Below are positions 32,061-47,611 of a DNA stretch of 64,000 nucleotides, piece by piece (the first letter of the stretch is position 1; each line of letters starts with the position of its first letter). The notes beneath the pieces were generated by a model. It made no database searches and was not told the DNA's origin. It worked only from the letters and a program-made list of their open reading frames with translations. This DNA comes from the human T2T-CHM13v2.0 reference genome, Homo sapiens. The stretch is taken from assembly GCF_009914755.1 (NCBI RefSeq), contig NC_060935.1; one strand, 5' to 3'. The position numbers were made by a program, and so were the translations under genes.

Positions 32061-33130
32061 TGTATTTTTCTTATTAAGGAATCTGGTTCTATGACTGTCC
32101 TAAGCCCAGGCTGAGTTAAGAGCGACGAGTTCTGGAGGGAACTACTTCCCACTCTGAGTCTTCTGGTTGTAATCCTTGTCTTTTCTCTTGATCTGAACTG
32201 AAGACTCATGAGGCTTCAATCTCTGTCCTAGTCCTGGCAAATGGCAGAGCCAGAAAATGACTTTGCCTTCCCAGAAGACAAACCCTCCACTTTATTCTGT
32301 GAGGCTGACGGCAGGCCCAAACCATGGACAGGTTGGGGCCTGTGCAGGCCTCAGTGGAGATGGGGAGGAGGAAGAGGGGAAGGAAACTTAGGATGGGATC
32401 ATCTCTCAACAGGGTGGAAGGACAGGAAAACTTTACTCATGGTTCAAATCCTGTCAGACCCAAACACAATACCAAAGAAAATAGTTGCAGCTTAATGCCT
32501 CACTTGGGAGTTTGCAAAGTCTCTGCTCTCCGAAGGCCTTGGTGGGTGAAAAGCCTAAATCGTCCTTATTTCCCACCTTGCTTCTCTCCTTCCTCTTCCA
32601 TGGAATGTAACCGTACTTTCTGTATGAAAACCTAGGGTTCCAATGGAAAAACGATTCACAGAGTGACATGCAAGAGTCACAGGGAGTAGGTCAGGGCTAT
32701 GCCCAAGCCTGGGTTGGCATTAGCTGGGCTTTACTCTACCAATGTTAGGACACTCAATGACATCTTAGGGGCTTCAGGCAGAAGAGGAAAATGTTAAGAT
32801 TTACCTAATAATGGGGCCGAAGGGCAAAGAGCATTCTTTCCATCACTGGAAACACTTAAGCACAGGCTGAACAGTTGAGGGAAGCTGAACTACTGCAATG
32901 ACTGGGTATCTTCTAACTCTTAAGACCGGTCATGCAACTTAGGCTGGAGAACTCCATTTCAGGGGAGGTCAGTGACTCACACTGAAGCTAACCCCTTAAT
33001 CTAGTACTCAGTTCCCTGTGTGATGGTGTTTCATCCCTGACTGGCCAGTCCCAGCCCATTCCCAGGAGAGAGAACTAGATAACAAAGCCAAGGAACACAT
33101 GAGGCTCTGGGCCCAAACAACTGTACATTG

Positions 33131-33136
33131 TTTATT
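33131..33136 (-). terminator. DENND2B: DENND2B poly(A) signal AATAAA
   Basis: tttatt on the plus strand, about 715 nt past the stop codon. Confidence 0.7.
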
Positions 33137-33849
33137 GAGAACACCCGTAGATGGGAAGGAGGGATGCCCTGTACCGCATCGTGGCCACCACTGACTGGGA
33201 GCCAGGCCCAGAGAGCACTGGCAGAGCTGGGGGTGGGCTTCCCATGACACACTGACCATCTCGGAGGGTGGGAGGAATGAGAGGACTAGGCCTAAGACCC
33301 TGGTGCCATGCTACAAATGGGGACTGATTGGCCTTTGCCTTTCAAAAACAGAGGGTATGGGTATGCGGACTACCAGCAAAAAATAGAAACTTGATTTTTT
33401 TAAAAGGTCCTCCTGTACATAACAAGACAGCATCTGCTCTCCAGGGCCCGGGACTGGCAGCGGGGACCTCAGGCAGGCAGGCAGGCCGAAGGCCTCCAGG
33501 GAAGATCAGTGGTTTGGCTGAGACAGTCAGCTGCACAAAACTGGCCAGTCACGAGCACCCAGCGAAACTTCATCCATGCTCTGGCAGGACAGGAAAGCAC
33601 CCGGCCCCTTGGGAATATACAAATATTTGCCATATTCTCTTTGCTTGTTACAAAAAACAGTTAAGAAAGCTTACAGCAGATTATTTACAAACAGTATCCT
33701 GGGATATGATGAAGGCAGAGGTGGGCTGGCTTGGAGGATAGGATCTGTGGGGGCAGAGGAGCCACAGCAGCCCAGAGGGTCCCAGGCTGGGCCTTCTCCC
33801 CAGGCTTCAGGCTCTGCAAGGCACTGGACTCTGCTACTGAGAAGGAGGC

Positions 33850-33884
33850 TTAATTCTTCTTGTGGAGAAACTTCATTTTGTTGC
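33850..33884 (-). CDS. DENND2B: DENND2B/ST5 last coding exon
   Basis: CACAG|GC AAC AAA ATG..AAT TAA; (G)NKMKFLHKKN*. Confidence 0.93.
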
Positions 33885-34352
33885 CTGTGGGCCAGAGAGG
33901 ACAAGAGAGAATGTTCAGTGTTATCCCTTCCAACCTCCACTCCCTCTCCTCCTTGTAGCCCTAACCCTGTCAGTGGGAGAGGAAGGATTAGGAAGACTGG
34001 ATTATAACTGTGATCTGATCCAGGGTAGTGAAAACACGTGAGAGCTCTAATTAGGGCACCGGTATTAATCACTGTGTGGTTTTACGCAAGCCACTTAACC
34101 TCTTTGGTCTCAATTTCTCTTTAAACAGAAACATGCTATGATTCTCTGATCTGGCGGGCTGAGCACCCTGCAGGGAGGGGTGCATTTTGCAGGAAGGGCA
34201 CTCGCACTGCTGTGTCTGCAGACCTGTTATGGTCTAGAGGAAAGCTCACTGGCTCTAATGGCCTTCATATTCACTCAGGAAGGAGTGCAAACAGAAAGAC
34301 CTGATGTATGTGGGAACCTGGGATTCCTCTTTGTAATGCAATATGGTAAATA

Positions 34353-35033
34353 CAGCCTGTCCTCCATATCCATGAGTTCTGCGTCCATGGGTTCCATGTT
34401 TATAGATTCAACCAACTGGAGATCAAGAATATTTGGGGGAAAAAATGGATGGTGGTGTCTGTACTGAACATATATAGACTTTTTTTTTCTCGTCATTATT
34501 CCCTAAACAATACAGTATAATATCTATTTACAGCTGGGCATGGTGGCTAACGCCTATAATCCCAACACTTTGGGAGGTCAATATGGGAGTATTACTTGAG
34601 CCCAGGAGTTTGAGACCAGCCTGGGCAACATAGCAAGACATCATCTCTACAAAACAAATTTTAAAAATAGCCAGGTGTAATGGCATATGCCTGTAGTCCC
34701 AGCTACTCAGGAGGTGGAGGAGGGAGGATCACGTGAGGCCAGAAGTTTGAGGCTGCGGTGAGCTAGGATTGCACCACTGCACTCCAGCCTGAGTGACAGA
34801 GCCAGACCTTGCCTCTAAAATAAAATAAATAAAATATAAAATAAAATAACAAAATTTATATTATATTAGGTATTATAAGTAATCTAAAGATGATCTAAAG
34901 TATATGGGAAGATGTGCACAGGTTATATGCAAATACTATGCCATTTTATAGAAGGGACTTGAGCATCTGTGGATTTTGGTATCCTTGGGTATCCAGGAAC
35001 CAATCCCCCACAGATATTGAAGGACCACTACTG
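34353..35033. mobile_element. MER2-like (Tigger) element with nested Alu
   Basis: TA-cag..ctccatatccatg..gattcaaccaac..gaaccaatccccca cagatattgaagga..ctg. Confidence 0.75.
34532..34850 (+). mobile_element. Alu (J-like)
   Basis: Alu consensus with (TAAAA)n tail. Confidence 0.92.
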
Positions 35034-35216
35034 TGCAAAATGCCCTTGGAATTCTGGCTGAGAACCTTCTAGTCACTATGGGATGTCTACATCCTGTTCT
35101 GTCTACAGCCCCAGTATAACACCTGTTGACATTGATTTAGAGTATTCGGGAACACAAATCTCCCAGCCCCTTCCTTCTTGCTGAACATCTATCTCATCAG
35201 TAACAAGGCCACTTAC

Positions 35217-35303
35217 CCAAACCTCGGAGAAACTTATTCATTCCACTCTGCTCAGTGTCTGGGAGTTCTTCTAAGTACTGCTCCACTCGCTGCTCAAAAA
35301 GGC
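35217..35303 (-). CDS. DENND2B: DENND2B exon
   Basis: 87 nt, phase 1-1; GLFEQRVEQYLEELPDTEQSGMNKFLRGL; AG/GT flanks. Confidence 0.95.
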
Positions 35304-36180
35304 CTGGGTAAAAGAAACAGGCACAGGGAAGAGAACAGTCATTGGAGGAAGGGAAGGAGAGGCCTACATGAAGGGAACCATGGAGCACAGATGCCAAAAA
35401 AGGAGAAAGAAAACATCTGGGATGATAATTTGCAGGAGCATCTTACTAGAATTCGGGCTGGCTCATCAAGGCGATCATTAGTGACATCTTGCCGGGGTTT
35501 GCTGCTGCCACCCTGCCTCCCCATGCACATTCCCAAGCTGCACTAGGTGAGGAGGCTGCTTCTCAGTTCAGAGCTGCCCCAAGTGGACATCTCTAGCTTC
35601 CTTCAGACAACTCTACCATGTTGTTCCAAAAAGGTTGTTATACTAAATGGATAGTATTAGAGGACAGAAGAAGTACTAACCCTGAGGTTAGACAGAAAAA
35701 TTGTGATGAGATGAAAAAGCCCTCGAATGAGCTGATGAAATAGCAAAAAACAAGATAACCATCTGCCTTAAATGAAGACTGCCACCAACCTACGACAGCT
35801 GGCCCAATGCTCTGTAAGGGAATTCCCAACCACTGGGTTCTCAGAACCCCCGAAATTGCTCAGTCTGCTCCTTTTCTCTGGATAGAAGGGCTTTCTCCTA
35901 TCTTTCTCTTTGAGGAGGGGGTGGGCAACCAATGGCATGCTGCTCCTAGGTGGAGATGAGTCCTACCTCTAGCCATGTGGCTTAGCTTGTGCATAGCCTT
36001 GTGAAGGCATTTACTGGGGCCGGAGGAGAAGAATGCTACCTTGAAGTTTCTAACAGAGGTAAAGGGATGTTAAGAGGCCTGGCCCTAGCTGATGTCCAAG
36101 AGCTTCCATCATAGTGCCTGGTTCTTCAGCCCTGCTGTGGGTGAAAAAATTAGAGAAGAGAGCTGATAACCAAGACTTAC

Positions 36181-36853
<673 letters not shown>

Positions 36854-37278
36854 TAACTAGCCTACGAGCTGCAGAAGGCCAGAAACTATGTTCTGAACAT
36901 GGAAGTTGAAACATAATTGCTGGATGAATTAAAGTAGAAACCAGAGCACCACTTTCATCATATCCCTCACCCTAAGTGATTTTTCTGGCTTCCAAGGAAG
37001 AGGAAGTGCCTTTCATCTCCTGCAATGGCTTGAGGCAAGGCCTCAGAAGGAGGAATAATTAGTTTTCTGTCAGCAGAAAGTATCTTTGGGGTTGCCACAT
37101 GTCTTTGGGTTTTCCTTCCTAAACTACCTGGGGTAGAAAAGACGCTAGAGTGAGACCAAGGTCCTCATCAGCCAGAAAGGGTTTGGTGTGCAGAGGCAGA
37201 GTTCTGGCCCTATGGGGCCCTGACCCAGAGCAGAGGGAGCCTGGAGCAGAGCTGACCGTGCCCGGGCACTATTCTCAC

Positions 37279-37390
37279 CATCGTCGGAGTCGCTGTCAGA
37301 GTCCTGGGAGATCAGCTCATTCTTCCTCTCCAGAGCCTGCTCCAGAGCTGCCTGTAACTTCCTAGGTAACAACGTGTCTTCGTCGTCCAT
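37279..37390 (-). CDS. DENND2B: DENND2B exon
   Basis: 112 nt; MDDEDTLLPRKLQAALEQALERKNELISQDSDSDSDD. Confidence 0.96.
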
Positions 37391-37600
37391 CTGCAGGAGA
37401 AAGAAAGCACAGTGACAATCATAGCTGACACTGAGCACTTACTATGTGCTAAGACCTGTTAGAAGAGCGTGAGTAGATAATCTCATTTATCTCTCCCAGT
37501 AACCCTCATAACTATCATCAACCTCATTTTAAGATGAGGAACTGAAGCACAGAAAGGTTAAGAAACTTGCCCAAGATTACAGAGATTAAAAGTGGTAGAG

Positions 37601-37891
37601 GGTCAGGCGCAGTGGCTCACGCCAGTAATCCCAACACTTTGGAAGGCTGAGCGGGAGGATCGCTTGAGCCCAGGAGGGAGTTCGAGACCAGCCTGGGCAA
37701 CTTAGCAGGTCCCTCTATCTGCAAAACACACACAAAAAAACAATTAGTCAAGTATGGTGGCATGCACCTGTACTCCCAGCTACTTAGGAGGCTGACATGG
37801 GGAGGATCACCTGAGCCCAGGCAGGTCGAGGCTGCAGTGTCATGACTGTACCACTGCACTCCAGCCTGGATGACAGTGAGACCCTGTCTCC

Positions 37892-37920
<29 letters not shown>
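37601..37920 (+). mobile_element. Alu (J-like) with long poly(A)
   Basis: Alu consensus; TSD-like g(t/g)ggtagag. Confidence 0.92.
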
Positions 37921-37923
<3 letters not shown>

Positions 37924-38686
37924 GGTAGAGCCAGTGTGGCATTCACTGGCCTCTGTGACCAGGACCAGCCAGGGGTTCCTGATTAGGTCTCCCCAATTCC
38001 TCCATCTTCAGCTCCAGGCAGGAGGCACAGTTGGCTTGGGGCAGGGGGACTGTGGCCAGCCTGTGTCTCAGGAATGAAGTTAGACTGTTGTTTCGTCTCT
38101 ATACTCTGTTTCTGTGTCCACATCACTATGCCTGGTACCCAGGGAGTCCTCAGCTCCGTCATTGGTGTGTAACAGACAATAAGTACATTTCCATAGGGGA
38201 GAGCACTGGGTTGTGCTCCTTTGTAGAGAGCCAGGAGGATTTCCACGACTAACAAAGGCTTTTTGTAGTTGACAACAATGATTGCAAACCTGTACGTTAC
38301 ATAACAATCTATAGTTATTTGTGTAACCCCCAGCAAACATTTCAAGGCAGGTGTTGTCACCACCTCTCCTTTAGAGCTCAGAAGAATTTAGAGGCCTAAG
38401 ACCATGTGGCTCAAAGGGGGCAAAGTCCAGTGGCCAAGTCTGTGGACTCCCAGGCCGTGTTCTTCAAATTCCCACACTGCCTTCTAGAAGCTCATGATGT
38501 CACTGGAAAGGCGGACCCTGCTAAGGTCAAGGATTCCAAGACCAGCTTCTCCCCACCCTTGACTAGTCTGTGAGTAGTACTGAACCCAGAGAGAGAGCTC
38601 AACAAACAGGTTGTGAAGGTTGAGTAGTGTGTGTGATGGTGCAGGGTGCTCAGGAGCCCAACTCTAGCAAGCACCCACCCTCTTAC

Positions 38687-38728
38687 CTGTCGGATGAATC
38701 GGTCAGATCCCAGATTCACCATCAGCGC
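38687..38728 (-). CDS. DENND2B: DENND2B 42-nt exon
   Basis: CTCAG|GCG..CAG|GTAAGA; ALMVNLGSDRFIRQ. Confidence 0.94.
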
Positions 38729-38966
38729 CTGAGAAAAGGAGTCATTAGCAGAGTGGCTCAGGGCATGAGTCCCGCAATGCCCTCTGCCAGGCCTCCAGAC
38801 CTCCCAGGTTCCCAGGGTCAGCTAACAGGAAGTACTCCAGCCGGGGATAGACCTCCCAGGGAGAAAGGATAAGAGCCTGGTAAAGAGGCCGAGGGGCCAC
38901 AAGTAAGATCCCAGCACCTGCTTCCCCCTCCACCCTTCCCCCCAGCTGGTTCCCCCGGTGGCCCAC

Positions 38967-39144
38967 CTCCTCCACAGGCAGCTCCTTCAGTTTGGGGAGG
39001 GAGCTGGAGAGCAGGCCAACCAGGAAGGGGGTGGGACAGCAGACGATGTCAATCATGGAGGCCGGGAGGACAGGAATGAAGGTGTGCTGCCAGGAGAAGG
39101 GGTAGAGCAAGGCCACCACCGCGTGGGAGCAGCTGGAGAGGGTA
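38967..39144 (-). CDS. DENND2B: DENND2B exon (core DENN)
   Basis: 178 nt; TLSSCSHAVVALLYPFSWQHTFIPVLP..CPTPFLVG, a DENN signature. Confidence 0.97.
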
Positions 39145-40395
39145 CTGATGGGCAGACAGAGAGACAGAGTACCTGAGCCCAGGCCCAGGAACTTAGAGCT
39201 CGCTGGAGGCTCAGGACAGCCTTTGATCGTAAACCTCCCAGTGCAACAAAAATGCTAATGGGGTTCAGGGACCCTGCAGACTGGTAAAGTCCCCGCTTTC
39301 CCACTGCGTAGCGCCTCAAGGACAACAATGCTACTCTCTTAGGGAAATGTACCTGCAAACAGCCAGGAAGGTATGCAGCAACCCGCAGGACAGTCATCTG
39401 ACAAAGATCTGGAAAAGGGCTGTCTCGGGTTTGGGGGGCACATCAGTGGGCCCGTGGCTGAGGAGGCAGTAGGTTTTGTAAACCCCTAGGGCCAGTGAAT
39501 GCAGATCGTGGGTACCCTCTCCCACCCCACATCAGAACTAGGCAAGAGGGACAAAGAACTTGTGGAAAACCTAAAACATCAGCAACGGATCATGAGCTGG
39601 CTGGACCTACCCCTCCCCTCTCCAGCCAGAGGCAGACCCCAGGCAGAACAGGAAGGACATCTTTTCCAAGACCCCAGATTGGCAGAACTTGAATACCCGG
39701 CCAGGCCAAGAACAAGACCTTGGGATCGTCCCTCCCAGAATGGTCCTGGAATGTGCTCAGAGGCAGCTGCAACCACAGGAAACAATAGCTGTATTCACAG
39801 CCCCACGGGAGCTGGCCTGGGGGGGGGCAGGGTGGCAAAGAGGAAGCTCAGCCCTGAATTAGAGGGTAGAACCTTCAGGAAAAGAAACCTCATGGTCCAG
39901 GCTCTCTTAGGGGCCACTAAGGTCAGGCCAGGCCAGGGCACCAAAGCTGGGCAGTCAGGGGCTTTGTTGGCTGACAATGACCATGGCTGGTACACAGGAG
40001 GGGCCTCTTGGAACTGCTGTACCCAGCTCATTCCAGCTGTTGGGCTAGATTTCTTCACAAGGGCCTGATGGGCCCACAGAACACCTAGAAGTGTGAGACA
40101 CAGAAGCATTGAGGCTGTGATGGGAACAAGTGAGGGGCAGTTTTCCTTTCTAAACCCTGGTGCTCTATGGAAAAGTCAGCAGCTCTGGTTTTTCTTCCTC
40201 CTTTCTTCTCCTGGGCTGAGGATGGGCCTGCGTTCCTGTCCCTCTGAAGGCAATCGGGAGTTCATTTCTCGGTTTCCTCTCAACTGCTTCCTCATACATA
40301 CGGAAGGAAATACCCCAGGGATTCAGGACTTATTGGAGGACAAACCAGAACGGGGATTTTCCTTCACTGCCCTCCTGTGAGCACCTGACATTTAA

Positions 40396-40832
<437 letters not shown>

Positions 40833-40835
40833 ACC

Positions 40836-41420
40836 TCATTTCCTTTAAAGCAGCTCAAAAATGTTTCTTGTCTGGAAAGAAAGCCCCGGCTCTTAGAGCC
40901 AGGCAGGCAACCTTTGATATGCAAATGAAGACCATTAGAAATTGGGTCCACCCAACATGGCAATTCCCACCGTTGTCCTCTTGCCCTTGCCCCTACAGGT
41001 GCCTAGCAGCATGGCTGCCCCGCATATTCCCACGTGTGTAGAACATCAGGCGCCCTACATTCGCATATTAAAAGGCTAGGATGGGAAGGCCAGCTTCCGG
41101 GGGGGGGGGGGGGGGGAGGGGCTACATGAATGACATGCCTGGTCAAACCAATCCCCTAAGCCCTATGCAAATCAAACACCGCCTCCTCCAGCCTTCTTAT
41201 CAAACTGGCTGGTATCCACAACACTTGGGGTTCCCTCTCTCGGCTTTGGAGCCTCTCTCCCTCTGTCTCTGTACTTTCTTCTTTCTGCCTTTCTCCTTCC
41301 CTTCTTGCCTATTAAACTCTCCGCTCCTTAAAACCACTCCACGTGTGTCGGTGTCGTTTTATCTAAACCAGCATAAGAACCAAAAACCCTAGTGTTCCTG
41401 CACTCATCGGAGCCGTATCA
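40836..41420 (+). mobile_element. ERV1-class solo LTR (MER61-related), 5'-truncated
   Basis: 'caaaccaatc..ccctatgcaaatcaaacaccgcctcctc..ctattaaactctccgctccttaaaaccactccacgtgtgtc..ggagccgtatca' LTR U3/R/U5 pattern ending in CA. Confidence 0.7.
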
Positions 41421-42328
41421 CTTGTGCCTTGCCTGTGTCACCCCCTAACCACCACTGACATAAAACTTTTTTCTTTTTTAAACCTTGGCTGTCTAGAAGA
41501 GCTCCGACTTCTTACTTCCTAAACTGCCTCACGTCCAGTGACCATCACTTCTGCCACCCCTCCCATGGCCACCACCAGACCTTCTCGACACCTCTACCTC
41601 TAAAATCATAAATGCCAGCATTTCAGACCAAGACCTGTGACCCATCCAGCTCTTTTCTTACTCCTCCTAAACCAGCTCCCCGACTTCCCTGGCACCTCCA
41701 GGCCCTGCACATCATCTGTTTCCCGGTGTGGGCTGGCCAGCCTTCCTCACCCACTCTCCTCTCTGCACCTCAGTGCCCCCATCACATCCTTCTCCCCAGC
41801 CCTCCCATTGCCCAGCCCTGGGCCACTGCAGTTGCCTTCTCCAGGGGACACCCTCCACAGGACCCTCGCTGGCTGGCTCAGCATTCCTCACACTGTCCCC
41901 GGTCAGTGCTCTTGCCCCTTCCTCACAGCAGCTCTTTCCTCAAACTCAGCATCCCATTGAGATGGCTTTGCCTCCCCCTCCAGAAGAAATGCAACCATCC
42001 ACCAAAAATCTCAATTTCTTAACCTTTCCCCTTTACATATCCCGGCACCTGCACAGTCTTGGCTGTTGCAAAGGAAGAAATATCCCTCCCTCTCCCCTCA
42101 GGCCAAGCCCTCCACAGGGTTCTCAATCCTGCCATCTGTGTGCTCCCAAACCCTGCTCCCTCACCCACACAGGGGTGCTACCTTTCCACCTAGTCTTCCA
42201 TCTCCCTACGCACAGCCCCACTCCAGCACTGGTCTCCGGCGCCTGCTTAGGCTCCTGAACACTTGCTGATTCGCTTGTGGGTGTGCCTTCCCCCCTCCCT
42301 TCTGCTTTCTTGCCCGGCTGGGCCCTAC

Positions 42329-42477
42329 CTGAGCTTATCTGCCACAAAAATGACCCGGCGCTCCAGCAGCAGTGAGGCAAAGATTCGGATGAGCTGGCGC
42401 ACACTGAGGCAGGTAAAAAGGCACTCAAAGTCCACGTGCTCCAGCCTTGAGTCCATGGGCCGCCGCAGCTCTAACAC
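42329..42477 (-). CDS. DENND2B: DENND2B exon (DENN)
   Basis: 149 nt; VLELRRPMDSRLEHVDFECLFTCLSVRQLIRIFASLLLERRVIFVADKL. Confidence 0.97.
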
Positions 42478-44278
42478 CTGCAGGAGAGCGATGGGAAAGT
42501 GGGCCGGGGCCAGCCAAGTGGGTGCTGCCCTCTGGCCCTCCACGAAGCAACTGGAGCTGCTTTCCCCTTCCAACCTGCTCTTTTCCAGGTCTCTCGTCTA
42601 CCCTGCTATGCAGTAAACCCCTCTTCTCCATCCCTCGGACTACAGCTCTGCTCTCGTAGCACTCGAACACCCAGCCTGTGGGCAAGAGGGCTGCCTGTGA
42701 AAGCGGGGAAGGCTCCAGAAGGAAGGAGTTGAGGGGCCATCCATCGGGACCTCAGGAAGAGAGGAGAGCTGACTGCTCTTAGAGATAGGGAGAAGAAGGG
42801 AACCACACAGCCACATCTCTAGGGTCCTCCTGCCCACCTCCCCAGACAAAGGTCTAAGCCCCCAGTGCTGACTAGACCCCACTGCTCTCCAGGCATCTCC
42901 GCATCCCAGGACTCTAATCCCAGCCATTGCCTCTGGAAGGGCAATGCTGGGGTCCTTGTTGCCCTGTCCCCCTCCCTTTCCTGCAGAAAGAGTTTCCTTC
43001 CAGAGGCTGTTTGTCCTGCTATCCTGGCCTTTATCTCCATCACCCTAAGTCCCATGCCAGTCACAAGGAAAACATAAGCAAAGGGCTGGCCATTCTGCAG
43101 CCTTGCCAGGAAGCAGGACTGTCTTATCAGGGCCAGGCCTGGCCCTCTTTCCTCCAAAGGCTGCTCCCAAGGTGAGTGCCACAGCTCAGAGAGCCACTTC
43201 TCTGGGGGAGTCACAGGGGTGGAAGGTAGTGAGTGACTCCAGCGGTGAGGGCAGGAGGAACTGCTGACGCTCAGGCCGTGCCAAAGCAGCTGTCCCTGGG
43301 GTCTGCCTGGCCTCCTCCTTGGTCCCGCAGCATGTGTGTGCAGCATAGATGTGCAGGCCTCCTGAAAACTAGGGTGAGAAACCAGTTCTCTCTCATTGCC
43401 CCATGGCATCAAAGGTAATGCTTTACAAGGAGTTTTTATACCCACGTCATCTCATTTGTTCCTCAGAGTCTAAGCAAATGAAGGAGTTCTAACTCCTAAC
43501 TCAGCATCCATCCTTCTGGGCCCCAGAGAAGCAGCAAAATGGGCACAGGGCATGGTAACGGTCTGTGTCCACTGTCTCTCCCGCCTGATGGTGTACTCCC
43601 AGAAGGCCCAGTGATCCGCCAGATGCTGGGTACACCCCAAATGGTCAGTGAACGTGGACTCACAGAAAGAAGTAGCACAATGATGCCAGAGCCCTTTATA
43701 CCTGCTCCAGGCCCTGTCCCCGCCCCAAAATTCGCAAGCTCCCTGCATGCAGCCCAACAGGCTCTGCTCTCTAGCACCCAGCTCCAGTCCCTACTGTCCC
43801 TGGGGCCCAACCCTCCCCCTTCCCCCAGGGATTGAGAATTCACACAGGCTGCTCCCACTCCCGGCCTTGTTCCCTGCATCCCTGCCTTCAAGGAGATCAA
43901 GCCCAGGGGGCTGAAGGAGCTGAGTAGTTACAGCCTGGGAGTCCAGTGTCAGGACAGAGGCAGATGTGACCAACATCTGCACAGGGACAGGCAGGACATC
44001 TAGAAGGGCAGCCAAGCTCATGTGGGTGGGGAGAGGTCAGGGAAGCCTCTCAGAGCACAAGGTACTTGACTCCCCAAAGAGAAAAGAAGAGAAGTGTCTT
44101 CTAGGCAAAAGGAAGTAGGGTTGAGGCAACACTAAGTATCAAGTCAGAAGACGAGAGCCCAGTGAGGTGGCCAGGGCCAGACCATGAAGAGCTCCCAGGC
44201 ATGATGCTGCGCTATAAGGGAAGGGTCCCCTATCCTGTGCCCCACAGCCACCATGAAGCCTAAAGTTCCTCTAAATGA

Positions 44279-44760
<482 letters not shown>

Positions 44761-45029
44761 TGACCTTTTCTACTTTGAGAAAATCAAAGCCATCAGATGA
44801 GAATCCAAAATCTACTAAGCCACTCCCTCCTCTCCTAATAAACACCAAGCCCTCCATGGAGCCTAACACCCACATCTTCTCAGTACTCTCTGCTAGCCCC
44901 TCCTGCTCCTGCAGCTCAAACCTCTTCCTCTGGCAGCCATTCCCACCAGCATACAAACTACCATCCCTAACAAGCTTCCCTAGTTCCACATTTCAATTGC
45001 TGCCCTCTTCCCTATTTCTCTCCACAGCC

Positions 45030-46600
<1,571 letters not shown>

Positions 46601-46841
46601 AGGCAGATGGAATGCAGTTTAGTCCAAATGGGTCAGGGAAGGCCCCTGGGAGGAACAGAGGGCTGGACAACATGTACATTCCTATTGTTTGCTCTTTTGG
46701 TCCCTAGTGATGGGGTACACAGACATGGTTGAGCAAGGAGGGACCGTGCTCTGCAACCCCCAAAGACTACGACCTTGGCCAGCATGGTCCTCCTGCCACC
46801 CCAGCCCGTAGCCCGAGAGAAGAGGGTGCAGAAATCCCTAC

Positions 46842-46982
46842 CTCATTGCCAGCACCTGGCAGGAATGTCTTCACTTTGATGGTCTTCCCTGGGGCTGGGA
46901 AGGGCGACTCCATGAGACTTCTCATGAAAGGATAGACCAATGCAGCGGAGATCCCACGCCGGCGCTCCACCTCATCTAGGAC
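46842..46982 (-). CDS. DENND2B: DENND2B exon
   Basis: 141 nt; VLDEVERRRGISAALVYPFMRSLMESPFPAPGKTIKVKTFLPGAGNE. Confidence 0.96.
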
Positions 46983-47533
46983 CTGTGCCCACCGCCAGCA
47001 GCCCAAAGAGGAAGGGTGTCAGGGCACTGCCCTTCCCCCTCCTGGCAGAGAAGAGGGCAGCCAAGCATCTGACCAGGCTAGCCCAGAAGCTGGGAGACGG
47101 GAAGGTGGTCTTGCCATGATCTGCACACTCTACCCTTCCCGTTTTCCTTGGCACTCAGTGACTCCTCTGTTCCCTAACTGGCCTTGCTTCAGTCCCCAAG
47201 AGCGGAGTAGCTGGGCAAAGGAAATACCACCCAAGAGTCAGCTCCCTGGGCGCTCCTGCTTCCCCAAGGACTCTGGCTCTGCCTAGGGCCCAGGGTGGGC
47301 TGTGACAGGGGCAGACACTGCCAGCACAGGAGCTGGGGAAATGCCAGCCAGCTGGGTAGAGAACCAGGCCGGGGAATGGGAGGGTGTCAGAGAGCTCACT
47401 GGTACTTGTTCCTGCATTCTGTCTCCCGCTCGCTCACAGTCACAGGTGGTTTTCTCATCTAAGCTGGCTGCAGATACTCCTGTGGGAGCTGTCAGCTGGG
47501 GGACGGGGAGGGAAGCCTGCCAGAGCCTCTTAC

Positions 47534-47611
47534 CTTGGAAAACAAGCCGAAGCAGCCAAGGCGGCTGATGACACAGTACACCTCTGGCAACCGGGGCCCT
47601 TTCCCACTTGG
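47534..47611 (-). CDS. DENND2B: DENND2B exon
   Basis: 78 nt; PSGKGPRLPEVYCVISRLGCFGLFSK; AG/GTAAG flanks. Confidence 0.95.

Noticed and set aside
39499-40068. 189-aa plus-strand ORF antisense to a DENND2B intron
   Set aside because: No domain similarity and no promoter or poly(A) support; overlapping ORFs in several frames indicate a GC-rich chance ORF.
42819-43445. 208-aa minus-strand intronic ORF
   Set aside because: The DENND2B frame is complete without it (46842 joins 42477 in phase 0); no recognisable protein features.
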